Positions 1 to 9,580 of a DNA stretch of 64,000 nucleotides are shown here, piece after piece (position 1 is the stretch's first letter; the number at the start of each line of letters is the position of its first letter). This DNA comes from an archaeon (lineage in GTDB: Archaea; Nanobdellota; Nanobdellia; Woesearchaeales; GW2011-AR15). Position numbers and translations under genes: made by a program. The notes under the pieces are model-generated. The model made no database searches. It saw only the letters and a list, made by a program, of their open reading frames with translations, and was not told the DNA's origin. The stretch is taken from contig JBDRQT010000053.1 in the NCBI GenBank assembly GCA_043826135.1, forward strand, positions 4,266 to 68,265. The letters run 5' to 3'.

Positions 1-85
1 TTCTGTAAGACATGAAGTAGAGGAAATAAAAAGATTAAGGGGCGAAGAGGGTAATAATCTCTCTTTTTTTCAATAATTATCAAAA

Positions 86-1744
86 ATGCCGACAGTAAAC
101 ATCAACAGAAAAGTAATGGAAAAGATCATCGGGAAGAAATTAACTACTGAGCAGCTCAAAGACAGGATTTCTATGCTCGGCACTGATTTAGAGAGTATCA
201 CTGATGACGAAATAATCGTTGAGATTTTCCCAAACAGACCAGATATGCTTTCTGAACAGGGTTTTGGGAGAGCTTTAAGTTCGTTTCTTGGAGTAAAAAC
301 AGGTCTAAGAAATTATGATATCAAAAAATCAGATGAGAAAGTGTACGTCGCAAAAGGTATGGAGAAAGTCAGGCCTTTCACTGTATGTGCAATTGCAAAA
401 AATCTTGAGCTTGATGATGAAAAAATAAGGGAGCTCATTCAAGTGCAGGAAAAGCTCCATATCACTTTCTGCAGAAAAAGAAAAAAGGCAGCCATAGGTA
501 TGTATCCGCTCGAAAAGATAAAAACACCAATCCATTTCACCGCAAAAAAACCAGAAGAGATTGTTTTCAGGCCGCTGGAATGGCACAAAGAGATAAACGC
601 TAATCAGATACTGGAAAATCATCCTACCGGGATTGAATACAGACATCTTGTCAAAGGACTAAGCAAATATGCCATTTTCCATGATGCTAATGATGAGATC
701 CTAAGTTTCACACCAATAATAAATTCCCACAAGACCGGAAAAATCACTGACAGCACAAAAGAAGCATTTATTGAAGTCAGCGGTTTTGATCTGAATGTCT
801 GCAGCTATGTATTGAACATTTTGGTTGCAGCTATCACTGATATGGGTGCTGATATCTATTCTATGGAAGTCGTATATCCTGATAAAAAAATTGTAACTCC
901 AAATTTTACACCGAAAAAAATGCATCTGGATCTTTCGTTTATCAACAAATGGCTTGGCCTAGATTTGAAACAAAAGGAAGTTAAGTTGCTGCTTGAGAAG
1001 ATGGGATACGGATATGAAAAAGGAACTGTCCTCATTCCTGCATATAGACCTGATATCCTTCATATGGTTGATCTTGCAGAGGATATTGCAATATCTTATG
1101 GCTATGAGAATTTCAAGCCAGAGATCCCAAGCAAGGCAACTGTCGGCGGTGAAGATGAATTTGAAAAATTAAAGAAAAAAGTCTCGCATATCCTAGCTGG
1201 TCTTGGTATGCTTGAGACTAGCTCATATCATCTTTCAAATGAGAAAGTCCAGTTTACCAAGATGAGAACAAAAGCAAATGATAGCGTTAAACTAGCAAAT
1301 TCACTATCAGAGGATTTTGACCTTATGAGATACAGTTTGCTTGCTGGGCTTATGCAGATACTGTCAGAAAACACACATAATGAATATCCCCAGAATCTGT
1401 TTGAGATAGGCTCTGTATTTAAGCTTGGAAAAACCGAGACAGGGGTTGTTGAGCCAAGAAAACTTGCTGGCATTATATGTGAAAGCGAATGCAATTACAC
1501 AAAAATAAGACAGGTTGTAGATTACCTTCTTAAAAATCTTGACATAAAATATGAGATAAAGGAAAGCAATCATGAATCGTTTATCACTGGACGTGCAGGC
1601 GATATTGTAATAGATGGAAAAAAGATTGGGTCCCTCGGTGAGCTCCACCCTCAAGTATTGTCTAATTTCGGAGTTGAGATGCCTGCTTCTGGATTTGAGA
1701 TTGATATGGATCCTATTTTTAATGCTGTTTTAAAGAAAATCTAA
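86..1744 (+). CDS. pheT: Phenylalanine--tRNA ligase beta subunit, archaeal-type (~550 aa)
   Basis: 552-aa ORF. N-terminus MPTVNINRKV...EQLKDRISMLGTDLE and overall length and architecture match archaeal PheT (B3/4 and B5 domains, no bacterial anticodon-binding extension). Confidence 0.8.
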   Translation: MPTVNINRKVMEKIIGKKLTTEQLKDRISMLGTDLESITDDEIIVEIFPNRPDMLSEQGFGRALSSFLGVKTGLRNYDIKKSDEKVYVAKGMEKVRPFTVCAIAKNLELDDEKIRELIQVQEKLHITFCRKRKKAAIGMYPLEKIKTPIHFTAKKPEEIVFRPLEWHKEINANQILENHPTGIEYRHLVKGLSKYAIFHDANDEILSFTPIINSHKTGKITDSTKEAFIEVSGFDLNVCSYVLNILVAAITDMGADIYSMEVVYPDKKIVTPNFTPKKMHLDLSFINKWLGLDLKQKEVKLLLEKMGYGYEKGTVLIPAYRPDILHMVDLAEDIAISYGYENFKPEIPSKATVGGEDEFEKLKKKVSHILAGLGMLETSSYHLSNEKVQFTKMRTKANDSVKLANSLSEDFDLMRYSLLAGLMQILSENTHNEYPQNLFEIGSVFKLGKTETGVVEPRKLAGIICESECNYTKIRQVVDYLLKNLDIKYEIKESNHESFITGRAGDIVIDGKKIGSLGELHPQVLSNFGVEMPASGFEIDMDPIFNAVLKKI

Positions 1745-1757
1745 TTTCTCCGATAGC

Positions 1758-2603
1758 TTACCTACCCTTAAAATATTCCTTTGCAGAATTCTCTATTATG
1801 AATCTCGCGGCAAGATACATTTCTAATTGCTGGCCATGATAAATGTCGGTGTTTGGCACCCATCTTCCATTTTTAATCAACTTGGATGGCCCCGGTCTTG
1901 AATGAGGATAATTATGGTCAAGATACATAACAAATTCAACAAAACAGTCTGGGGTTGGAGCCTTCCCTGCTCTTGAGATTTTTAGTGGTATCTCTCTTGT
2001 TCCGTACTTACTGAATTCTGAAAATATCAGGAAAGCTTCTAATTTTTTAATTGATTCATCATTTGATTCCGCAAGAAGCTTATATATTAGATCAGGAACA
2101 CTTGCATATGCCCCAGTGTCTGCAAATACAACATGCTTCCCATTAAATACTTTTAATTCCCTTAAATAGGATAGTATCTGCGCATAGGTATTTGTTCCTG
2201 GTGAAACATAGTTTTGCTCTATTACTCTTCTCAGTTGCTGCAAAGATACAGGACCAATTAGATTGGGATTTCCTACAATAGTTTTATTTGCATAAATATA
2301 CTTAATATCTATTTGTTGCCATCTTTCATTATCACTATATATTTGTACAGCTCGTATTGCATTTCCAAGCGGTTCTGCTCCAGTACAAAGTACTGCGATT
2401 GTACCTGGCTCACCTTTAAACATCTGAAGAACATCGATTGCAGACTGAATTAACTGAGTCTTATAAGGCAAGTACAATTTCAAATCTGGAATTTCCCCTA
2501 TCAAGGGATTATCCATCCTAAGAAATCTTTTTGGTCTAAGTCCGGCCATGACCACCAATTCTTCTAAGGGGATATTATTAATCTCTACGAAATTTGAGAC
2601 CAT
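1758..2603 (-). CDS. Hypothetical protein
   Basis: 281-aa ORF, tightly spaced (10 nt) with the downstream 380-aa minus-strand ORF. No motif recognised. Confidence 0.4.
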   Translation of the reverse strand: MVSNFVEINNIPLEELVVMAGLRPKRFLRMDNPLIGEIPDLKLYLPYKTQLIQSAIDVLQMFKGEPGTIAVLCTGAEPLGNAIRAVQIYSDNERWQQIDIKYIYANKTIVGNPNLIGPVSLQQLRRVIEQNYVSPGTNTYAQILSYLRELKVFNGKHVVFADTGAYASVPDLIYKLLAESNDESIKKLEAFLIFSEFSKYGTREIPLKISRAGKAPTPDCFVEFVMYLDHNYPHSRPGPSKLIKNGRWVPNTDIYHGQQLEMYLAARFIIENSAKEYFKGR

Positions 2604-2612
2604 GCATTGCGC

Positions 2613-3755
2613 CTATTTCGCTACTGGTATTGCTGATTTTAGATAGTTGAATTCAGGGAGCCCATATTTTTTTACCATTTCTTCTGCATACATCACCACA
2701 CCGGAGAACCTTTCCCTGAAAACACTTAGTATGGGTTCGGGTGTATCCACTCTGATTACAGCAGGCAGATAAGCCAAATCATCGAGTACTGCCCTGACTA
2801 TCCCCGCAGCAGGATAATTACCATCAGGCGCAAATATACCGGAAATCTGTTTCATAGTATCTCTTGTCGCTGCCAGATCATCAAGAATCAGCACAATGCC
2901 ACCTATAATACTGAGTAAATATTTTTTAGACATCATATGATATTTAGGGTCATCGACATTCCATATTCTGGAAGTTGGAAATTTTTCGCTCAGGTAAGAT
3001 AGCCATTTGAATCTTGGCTTTTTGCTGTATTCCGAGGTTGTCTCTCTTTCAACTACATCCTTCAGCATTTTTTGGCCTCTTCCTCTTGTGCTCTCGCCGG
3101 TAACGCTAAGCCTCGACCTGTCCTGTATAGATGACCATCTGGAAGCCCTCTCTCCAATATATAGGATATTAGTGATACCGCAATCCTTTAGTAGCGTGTA
3201 AAGCAAATCTATCACCATATTTGCAGCTGTCTCATTTTTGGTATTTGGAATATTCCCCCCATTAACGGATTCCATCCAGGTGAAATTGACTTTATGGTGA
3301 CCAGGATCATGCGTGATCAAACTAGGCAGATCATATGCTGCGCTGGTCTCTTCTTCCTGCAACTGGCTGATTCCCACCTGAGTCTCTATCATCATATCAA
3401 GATTGGATCCTCTTTCAATTTGATATATCTTATCAGCTTTTCCCTGCGGCGACAAGGCAGTCTTGAATGTGAAACCAAACCCTAAACTTTTTTCGTCCCC
3501 TACATCAATTAAGTACCCATTATCTATCTCGAAAAGGCCGCGCTTGCGCAACTTAAGGAACAATCTTCCGTCTTTTTCAATCATATAGTTAGAACCACCA
3601 TTGAATTCGCTGACTTCAGTATACTGCGCATTCAATGTGACATGCCACTTCTGGCCGCTTCGTACATCAATAAAATCTCTTTCACCGTATCTTCTCAGCA
3701 TTTCATCCAATGTTTGAGATTCTGCAAGCTCTGTTAGTGTCGGATTAAGCGTCAT
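2613..3755 (-). CDS. Hypothetical protein with a weak PRTase-like motif
   Basis: 380-aa ORF. Segment IVLILDDLAATRDTM loosely resembles the type-I phosphoribosyltransferase PRPP-binding motif (hydrophobic x4, DD, TxxT). Otherwise unrecognised. Confidence 0.4.
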   Translation of the reverse strand: MTLNPTLTELAESQTLDEMLRRYGERDFIDVRSGQKWHVTLNAQYTEVSEFNGGSNYMIEKDGRLFLKLRKRGLFEIDNGYLIDVGDEKSLGFGFTFKTALSPQGKADKIYQIERGSNLDMMIETQVGISQLQEEETSAAYDLPSLITHDPGHHKVNFTWMESVNGGNIPNTKNETAANMVIDLLYTLLKDCGITNILYIGERASRWSSIQDRSRLSVTGESTRGRGQKMLKDVVERETTSEYSKKPRFKWLSYLSEKFPTSRIWNVDDPKYHMMSKKYLLSIIGGIVLILDDLAATRDTMKQISGIFAPDGNYPAAGIVRAVLDDLAYLPAVIRVDTPEPILSVFRERFSGVVMYAEEMVKKYGLPEFNYLKSAIPVAK

Positions 3756-3870
3756 ATTATCCCCCCGAATGGATGATGATGGTTTTTTTATTTATATATT
3801 TTTCCAAATGTCATCACTTCAAAATGGAAATGCTTAAATATGTGATATCCTAATACGAATAAATGGTATA

Positions 3871-4593
3871 TTGTTATTCTGTGAGGTTATTCAAATGGCA
3901 GGTGAGATAAATTTTTGTCATCGTTCTTTAACAGATGTTGTTGCTGATTGTTATGATGTCGCTCTTCAGATAGCAAAAAGGGCTGATGAGACGGGTTCCA
4001 AAGAAATTAACTTGTTTTATTTAAGGAATGGTGGGACCTTCCCTGGAGAGACAGTATTCTTGATCCTTACGGAAATTCTAGGATATAATGTCAAAACATA
4101 TACACCTCAATACGAAAAATATGGAGAAGGCAGAGTTGGCAAGAAGGCTATGTTAAACAAAGCAACTGCACTCACTATCGAGCAAAAGAAAGAAGTGGTT
4201 AATGGCATCAATAAGGGAAATTTGACTGTCATCCTTGATGAACTAATTGATCAAGGAACAACAATGCACCAAGCATTTGAAGATATCTCTGTGTATGATA
4301 AAGAAGTCGGATTGACCTACGACCAGAATATGCTTTCCACAATGCTATTTGGCGCAGTCCTCAATAGAAAGACTCCTTATAGGTTTGGTGTGAGAAGGGA
4401 TCATCCACTGAAAAAAAGGATATTGCAGATGCACTCATCGTTTGATGCACCTCCAAGTTGGCTTACCTTTCCATGGGAGACAGAATCATCGCACTATGAT
4501 TCAAACTTAGATAAAATGATTTATCATTCTGGAGGCAATCTGGAACCACTTAGAGAGTATATAAGACCATTGATAAGTCACTTCAAACGCTAA
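3871..4593 (+). CDS. Phosphoribosyltransferase-like protein
   Basis: 240-aa ORF. LTVILDELIDQGTTM matches the PRTase type-I PRPP-binding motif. The true start may be the downstream Met (MAGEINF, nt 3895). Confidence 0.45.
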   Translation: MLFCEVIQMAGEINFCHRSLTDVVADCYDVALQIAKRADETGSKEINLFYLRNGGTFPGETVFLILTEILGYNVKTYTPQYEKYGEGRVGKKAMLNKATALTIEQKKEVVNGINKGNLTVILDELIDQGTTMHQAFEDISVYDKEVGLTYDQNMLSTMLFGAVLNRKTPYRFGVRRDHPLKKRILQMHSSFDAPPSWLTFPWETESSHYDSNLDKMIYHSGGNLEPLREYIRPLISHFKR

Positions 4594-4763
4594 ATTATAC
4601 CTTCTTTCTTTCTCTCTTCTTCCTTGGCTCTTCTTCTGTATTCCCCATATTTATCTTCAGGCGAATACTTTGGAGGCTTGTTTTCAATCGCTGCGCCGCC
4701 GCATTCACAATCTTTCTCCATTGTGTATTTTCCGCAAGTCTGGCATTTAAGAATGTGTTTCAT
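4590..4763 (-). CDS. nop10: H/ACA ribonucleoprotein complex subunit Nop10
   Basis: 57-aa ORF missed by the ORF track (<60 aa): MKHILKCQTCGKYTMEKDCECGGAAIENKPPKYSPEDKYGEYRRRAKEEERKKEGII. Zn-ribbon Cys pairs plus the conserved PP(K/R)(Y/F)SPEDKY motif of archaeal Nop10. Conserved neighbourhood directly downstream of aIF2-alpha. Confidence 0.8.
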   Translation of the reverse strand: MKHILKCQTCGKYTMEKDCECGGAAIENKPPKYSPEDKYGEYRRRAKEEERKKEGII

Positions 4764-5518
4764 ACTCTTTTAAATTCACCATGACCATGGTGCTTTTTCA
4801 TGAATTCAAGGACAGATTCTGTTGCATTTTTTAGAATCGGCTCTGCTTCTTTATAATCAGGGGCTTCAACCGACATCCCGTACTTTCCGCCGCCAAGATA
4901 TTTGACATCAATTCTTTCTCCTGCAAGCGACAGTGCTTCCTTGACAATATCAACACCATTTCCATCATAAGTTGATAATTCCATAATTCCTGCGATGACA
5001 ACATTTTTTACCTTGAATCTCTGAAGCACAAGTTCAGTCATCTCATCTGCAAGCTTTTTATCAAGGATTTTTCCTAGGTCAAACTCACCTGCCACAACAT
5101 CTTCAAATGCATGAAACAAGTAGGCATAGTCGCTTAGAGATTTCATAACCTGATTATAGAGCGCGAGTGGCTGCATATTGTTTTGCTTTGCTACATAATC
5201 AATTACTGCCTCTGCCTTCTGCTCCATCTTAACTTCATTGACTTTAAGCTTTCTTTCTCTTTCATTGACTCTTCTAAGGGAAAGATCAACCTGTCCCCTT
5301 TCTTTGTTGACCCTAAGGACTTTGCAAGCAATCTTCTTGTCTTCCTTTACATAGTCCCTGATATTCCTTATCCTACCTGCTGCAATTTCAGAGATATGAA
5401 TCATTCCTGAAATCCCGTAATCATCAAGCTTTGCAAAAACTGTAGAATACTGGATATTTGTGACTGTGCACATAACTACTTCTGATTCCTCAGGAAGCCC
5501 GGTTTTCTTATAGTACAT
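4760..5518 (-). CDS. eif2a: Translation initiation factor 2 alpha subunit (aIF2-alpha)
   Basis: 252-aa ORF. N-terminal S1 domain (GMIHISEIAAGRIRNIRDYVKEDKKIACKVLRVNKERGQVDLSLRRV) plus the alpha-helical and C-terminal domains typical of a/eIF2-alpha. Sits in the classic S27e-aIF2a-Nop10 archaeal cluster. Confidence 0.85.
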   Translation of the reverse strand: MYYKKTGLPEESEVVMCTVTNIQYSTVFAKLDDYGISGMIHISEIAAGRIRNIRDYVKEDKKIACKVLRVNKERGQVDLSLRRVNERERKLKVNEVKMEQKAEAVIDYVAKQNNMQPLALYNQVMKSLSDYAYLFHAFEDVVAGEFDLGKILDKKLADEMTELVLQRFKVKNVVIAGIMELSTYDGNGVDIVKEALSLAGERIDVKYLGGGKYGMSVEAPDYKEAEPILKNATESVLEFMKKHHGHGEFKRV

Positions 5519-5694
5519 TACTCAAGTACCTCAAGAACTCTTGCTTTAACTCGTATTTTTCCGCCTGTAGGTTCAGCAACTGTTTTGCCGCATACAAGGC
5601 ATTTTATCTCCATTGCTGCCTTTCCGAAGACAACCTGTTCGTTCTTGCACTTAGAGCATCTGATTTTAATAAATTTTGAAGTTGGTTCTGCCAT
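5518..5694 (-). CDS. rps27e: Ribosomal protein S27e
   Basis: 58-aa ORF missed by the ORF track: MAEPTSKFIKIRCSKCKNEQVVFGKAAMEIKCLVCGKTVAEPTGGKIRVKARVLEVLE. C4 zinc-finger (CSKC...CLVC) of S27e. Preceded by AGGAGGT about 7 nt upstream of the ATG. Its stop overlaps the aIF2a start by 1 nt. Confidence 0.85.
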   Translation of the reverse strand: MAEPTSKFIKIRCSKCKNEQVVFGKAAMEIKCLVCGKTVAEPTGGKIRVKARVLEVLE

Positions 5695-5886
5695 GACAAT
5701 TACCTCCTAATCGAGATAGAAAAAGGGATGATTTATAAATATATTGATGGGAAAATTAGGAAAATGTGCTCGACTTCAAAATAATTCAGAAATTAGAATG
5801 CCCAAAAAATGCTGAAAGGTGGCTACTCCAAAACCTTTGGCTGAAGCATTGAGGGTTATTGACTGGGCAAAACAAGGAAATACACT

Positions 5887-8745
5887 TCACCCCAGTAATT
5901 TTTGAGGCGGGATCTTGCGATCCACAAGAAGCGCTGCATATTTACCTACTCCATCACTTGATATATTGTAGTGCTTCATAATTCTAGCTCCTGCCTGTTC
6001 CAATACCTGCCTTGTCTGATCTCTGCCCAAATAATTTGATAGATGACATACTATTTCGGTTTTGTCAAACCCAAGCGTGGGTATCGTATCTTTTTTCCCC
6101 CTATAAAGCCAGTGAGACCGTTCAATCTCACTCCTTTTATTATTGTGCAGTTGCAGACCAATATACTCGCTGTGCGTTGTTTCAATTTCTGGCTCAGGGT
6201 ACAGAACAAATCTGTTGCCTTTTTTTCTCAATTTATGTTTTCCATCAACCCTAACTGGAAATCCGCTCTGCCATAATTGCAAAACCTGGTCTTTAACATC
6301 AGGTTCTGAATCAAACTTAATACTAAAATCAGCAGGCGGCATGTTTTGAAATTTTAGATACGCAGATGAAGGTTTATCATACCTGTCATATCTATCTTCA
6401 TCTATATGTGCGCGTACATAAAGGTTGGATGATGGATTTGGCCAGATATCTGGATTTGCGTCTAACTGGCTTGCCCTTTGGATTATATCAACAACTCGCA
6501 TCCGGGCCAGATATTCAGAATTCCGCTGATCTGCTTGATTCATAAGCGCAAGTTCATCCATAAGAAGGACTGTGCAGATCTGTATATCCAAATCTGAATT
6601 TGTAATGGTTAACAACTGGTAATATCCATCTTCTTCAAAATGTGTTCTTCCAACCCTTTGTCCTGATTTATTTTTTTTATCTGCCAATAGTGATTTTCCT
6701 ACATTTGGCTCTCCAAGCAATCTGAAGCTATCAATCAACCTCACCAAATCATGACGCTCTAGGTAGGGCTCTTTTCCCTGAGCACTTTCCACCCACTCAA
6801 GAGCTGGTGCAAATGCATCGTCCATCTGCGCTGCCCTCATTATGTTCATCGCAGCAGTATATGTCTCAGCATCTACTGCATCAGGATTAGCAAAAAATTG
6901 TTCCATGGATGCAATGATGCTTCCCATAGATCTTCTTCCTTTTGCTTTTTCAAGCATTCTTCTTGCTAGCGGCGAATTTTCAAAGATATTTGCAATTTGC
7001 TTGGCTCTGTAAGATAATAGCTCCTCCAGTGCCAGTGCGAAGAACGGGTGATCTCCAGTCTCCTTCAATATATATTGCCGAATTTCAGTCTCATTAAATC
7101 CATAGGACAATAGAGGTCCAACCACTTCCCTGTCCAGATTGTTCTTGAGTCTATCAAAAAATTCTAAATCAGTTTCATTTGATAATTTGTTTGATTCCCT
7201 TAGCTTATCTTCCAAAAATTCTCTTGCTTCTCCTGCCTTTAAGTTACCTTGATTTCCAAAAAGATGCACCTGAGAGTCAAGAAAATCATGCATTAATTTT
7301 AGTTCATAATGGCTCATAATATTTTGGTATGAGTCAAGTCCAAGAGGAATAATAGTTTCAACTGCAACATTGACAAAGGCTTCTGGATTGAACATGTCTG
7401 TGCATAGGGTTGCACTCAGACCTGCTTCATGCTGGCTGAAATCCTCAAATCCTTTGACATATCCTATAACTTCTGTCCCTTCATCTGTATGTGTCTTTAC
7501 TTTCCGATACATTAATTCTTCTTCCATATCCACTTCTGCAAAACCTGAACCGGAATTGATTGAACCAATTAATTGTTCTTCTGTCATACCGAGCATATTA
7601 GCAGTGCCTGATAACATTTTTCTTCCAAGATTAGTATATTGCATCACTCCTTCCAATATGGTTTCAAGAGGTTGTTTCACTATTGGCTTTAACTGCTTTG
7701 GATCGCATCCGGCAAGTCTGAGCAGAGCTGTTCCATTTACACCATAACTTTCTTGGAATGTCTCAACAATGCCTTGTCCTGATACTCCATTCTGAAGAAG
7801 TGCTACATATTGGCTTCTGAGCTGCATCTGATGATTTGTATACGCTGACCAGAACCTTGGATCTGCAGCATGCTTAATAATAATGGGAGCAATGATATCC
7901 TCCACCTGCCTAGATGTCATGAATGGCATCTTGAAGGTATTATCATCCCATAGGCCAGTTGGCCTAACAATATGCATTTGATCCAAATAATCAAACCTAT
8001 CTTGATGTTGGTATCTATTACTTCTGCTCTCTTCTGCTGCTCGATTGCTTTCAGTTGGAAATAATAGATAAATCATACCTTTTCCATGGGATAAAGGTTC
8101 AATATATATCTTAATTGCATCACCTTCAGAGGATATGTCTTTGATTACTCCCAATCTGTCTTTTGGAGGTATGATTGATCCTAACTCCTGCAATTCTTCT
8201 AGGCTAGTATTCCCATATGGGAATTCTTCGCAAAATACCAGGTCACCTAATTGAGGTTCTTGTTGAAATGGAATAAATGGATTGGCTTCCCTAAATCCTC
8301 TTTTAGCAAGCTGCAGATATCTTTTCAAGGATTCTGCACTGTCAACTAAGATTGGTTTATCAAACATTCTTCGAGATAGTTGTGCTTCAGAAAAGATATC
8401 ATGCCCTACAGAGAATTGAATATAGATGTGACCTGGATATGATTGTTGATGATAGATATTACCCACACCGGGTCCTCCATCGATGAATGCATATTCTAAA
8501 TCTTCATATCCAAATCTCTCAGAGGGCATAGGATAAGGAATCGCTTCAATAAATTTTAATATCGAATCTAAATCCTTAACTATATTTAAGGCTACATTGT
8601 AATAAATATGACCATCTCCTTGAGCCACTAGCGCCTCGTGCGCTGAAGATAGTTGGTTGGAAGTTCTATCTGTTTGCCCTCCTGCAGCAACCAGCAAATT
8701 TTTTCCTCTGCTACTGATTCTACCCATACCCGTCCTCTCCAGCAC
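5887..8745 (-). CDS. Large hypothetical protein (952 aa), last gene of the six-gene Ubl-like operon
   Basis: 952-aa ORF overlapping the upstream 286-aa ORF by 26 nt. No recognisable catalytic motif by eye. Co-oriented and translationally coupled with the E1-like and JAB genes. Confidence 0.5.
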   Translation of the reverse strand: MLERTGMGRISSRGKNLLVAAGGQTDRTSNQLSSAHEALVAQGDGHIYYNVALNIVKDLDSILKFIEAIPYPMPSERFGYEDLEYAFIDGGPGVGNIYHQQSYPGHIYIQFSVGHDIFSEAQLSRRMFDKPILVDSAESLKRYLQLAKRGFREANPFIPFQQEPQLGDLVFCEEFPYGNTSLEELQELGSIIPPKDRLGVIKDISSEGDAIKIYIEPLSHGKGMIYLLFPTESNRAAEESRSNRYQHQDRFDYLDQMHIVRPTGLWDDNTFKMPFMTSRQVEDIIAPIIIKHAADPRFWSAYTNHQMQLRSQYVALLQNGVSGQGIVETFQESYGVNGTALLRLAGCDPKQLKPIVKQPLETILEGVMQYTNLGRKMLSGTANMLGMTEEQLIGSINSGSGFAEVDMEEELMYRKVKTHTDEGTEVIGYVKGFEDFSQHEAGLSATLCTDMFNPEAFVNVAVETIIPLGLDSYQNIMSHYELKLMHDFLDSQVHLFGNQGNLKAGEAREFLEDKLRESNKLSNETDLEFFDRLKNNLDREVVGPLLSYGFNETEIRQYILKETGDHPFFALALEELLSYRAKQIANIFENSPLARRMLEKAKGRRSMGSIIASMEQFFANPDAVDAETYTAAMNIMRAAQMDDAFAPALEWVESAQGKEPYLERHDLVRLIDSFRLLGEPNVGKSLLADKKNKSGQRVGRTHFEEDGYYQLLTITNSDLDIQICTVLLMDELALMNQADQRNSEYLARMRVVDIIQRASQLDANPDIWPNPSSNLYVRAHIDEDRYDRYDKPSSAYLKFQNMPPADFSIKFDSEPDVKDQVLQLWQSGFPVRVDGKHKLRKKGNRFVLYPEPEIETTHSEYIGLQLHNNKRSEIERSHWLYRGKKDTIPTLGFDKTEIVCHLSNYLGRDQTRQVLEQAGARIMKHYNISSDGVGKYAALLVDRKIPPQKLLG

Positions 8746-9580
8746 TTCTCATTATTTGTCCTATACTAAGAACATTATCAAGCGCAGCGTGCATAAGCAT
8801 CCCCATCCATTTAAGTCTATGAGGAATGTTGAGGTACGGAAGGCTCTGTGCATCCTTCTTTAGGATTGGGGACCTTATCTCCTGCGCAGCCCTATATGTA
8901 GCAAGCAAATACGCCAGTTCCTCTGCATCTGCAAGCGTGTGTAATACATCTGTATCATTAAGTATATTATACTTGGCGACCAGAACCTCTGCCACGTCCC
9001 TTGCACCTTCAACTATCTGCACTTCTGGAATCCTTAATAAAAACTGATATCTCTGGGCCAGGACATCGTCCAATGAATCATCATAACTATGTGGACCATA
9101 CGCAAGCGTTATGAAATTGTGAGAATCGAATGGTCCAGCCTCTTCAAGTAGACTTGCCGAGTTCAGATTATAAGGACTTTTTTTTGCAGCTTCGATCAAA
9201 TAATAGTGAAATTCCTTTTCGCCATAAATATGAATGTCTTCGCCTAATCCATGCATCGCCCCTTCAAGAACACTCAAATCAATGCTTTCATGAAAGCGAG
9301 CTTTTCTTGTAATCTTATCTCGCTCATGATAATTATCATCATCTAATCTGAACAACGCTCTAAGCAGTGTAATCTGTGCAAGATATTTTTCACCGGATTT
9401 GCTCATCGACCGATAATACATCTTTAAGGCTTTTTGAACAGTTTTATCCTCAACATAACTATGATTGCATAGTATCTTTGCAACATGGTCAATTGGTTCC
9501 AGATTGAATCTTAATGCCGGTAAATTCTCCTGCGGCACAGTATCCATTGCTTCTAATGCTTTTCTAAGATCATCAAACAT
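8720..9580 (-). CDS. Hypothetical protein (286 aa), operon member
   Basis: ORF overlaps the E1-like gene by 8 nt and the 952-aa gene by 26 nt. No motif recognised. Confidence 0.45.
   Translation of the reverse strand: MFDDLRKALEAMDTVPQENLPALRFNLEPIDHVAKILCNHSYVEDKTVQKALKMYYRSMSKSGEKYLAQITLLRALFRLDDDNYHERDKITRKARFHESIDLSVLEGAMHGLGEDIHIYGEKEFHYYLIEAAKKSPYNLNSASLLEEAGPFDSHNFITLAYGPHSYDDSLDDVLAQRYQFLLRIPEVQIVEGARDVAEVLVAKYNILNDTDVLHTLADAEELAYLLATYRAAQEIRSPILKKDAQSLPYLNIPHRLKWMGMLMHAALDNVLSIGQIMRSAGEDGYG

Noticed and set aside
1-85. Possible 3' end of pheS upstream of pheT
   Set aside because: The only open frame ending here (…SVRHEVEEIKRLRGEEGNNLSFFQ) does not resemble the conserved PheS C-terminus. 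Cannot be supported.
5695-5886. Expected ribosomal protein L44e next to S27e
   Set aside because: No open frame with the L44e zinc-finger was found on either strand in the 192-nt gap. The cluster here is Nop10-aIF2a-S27e only.
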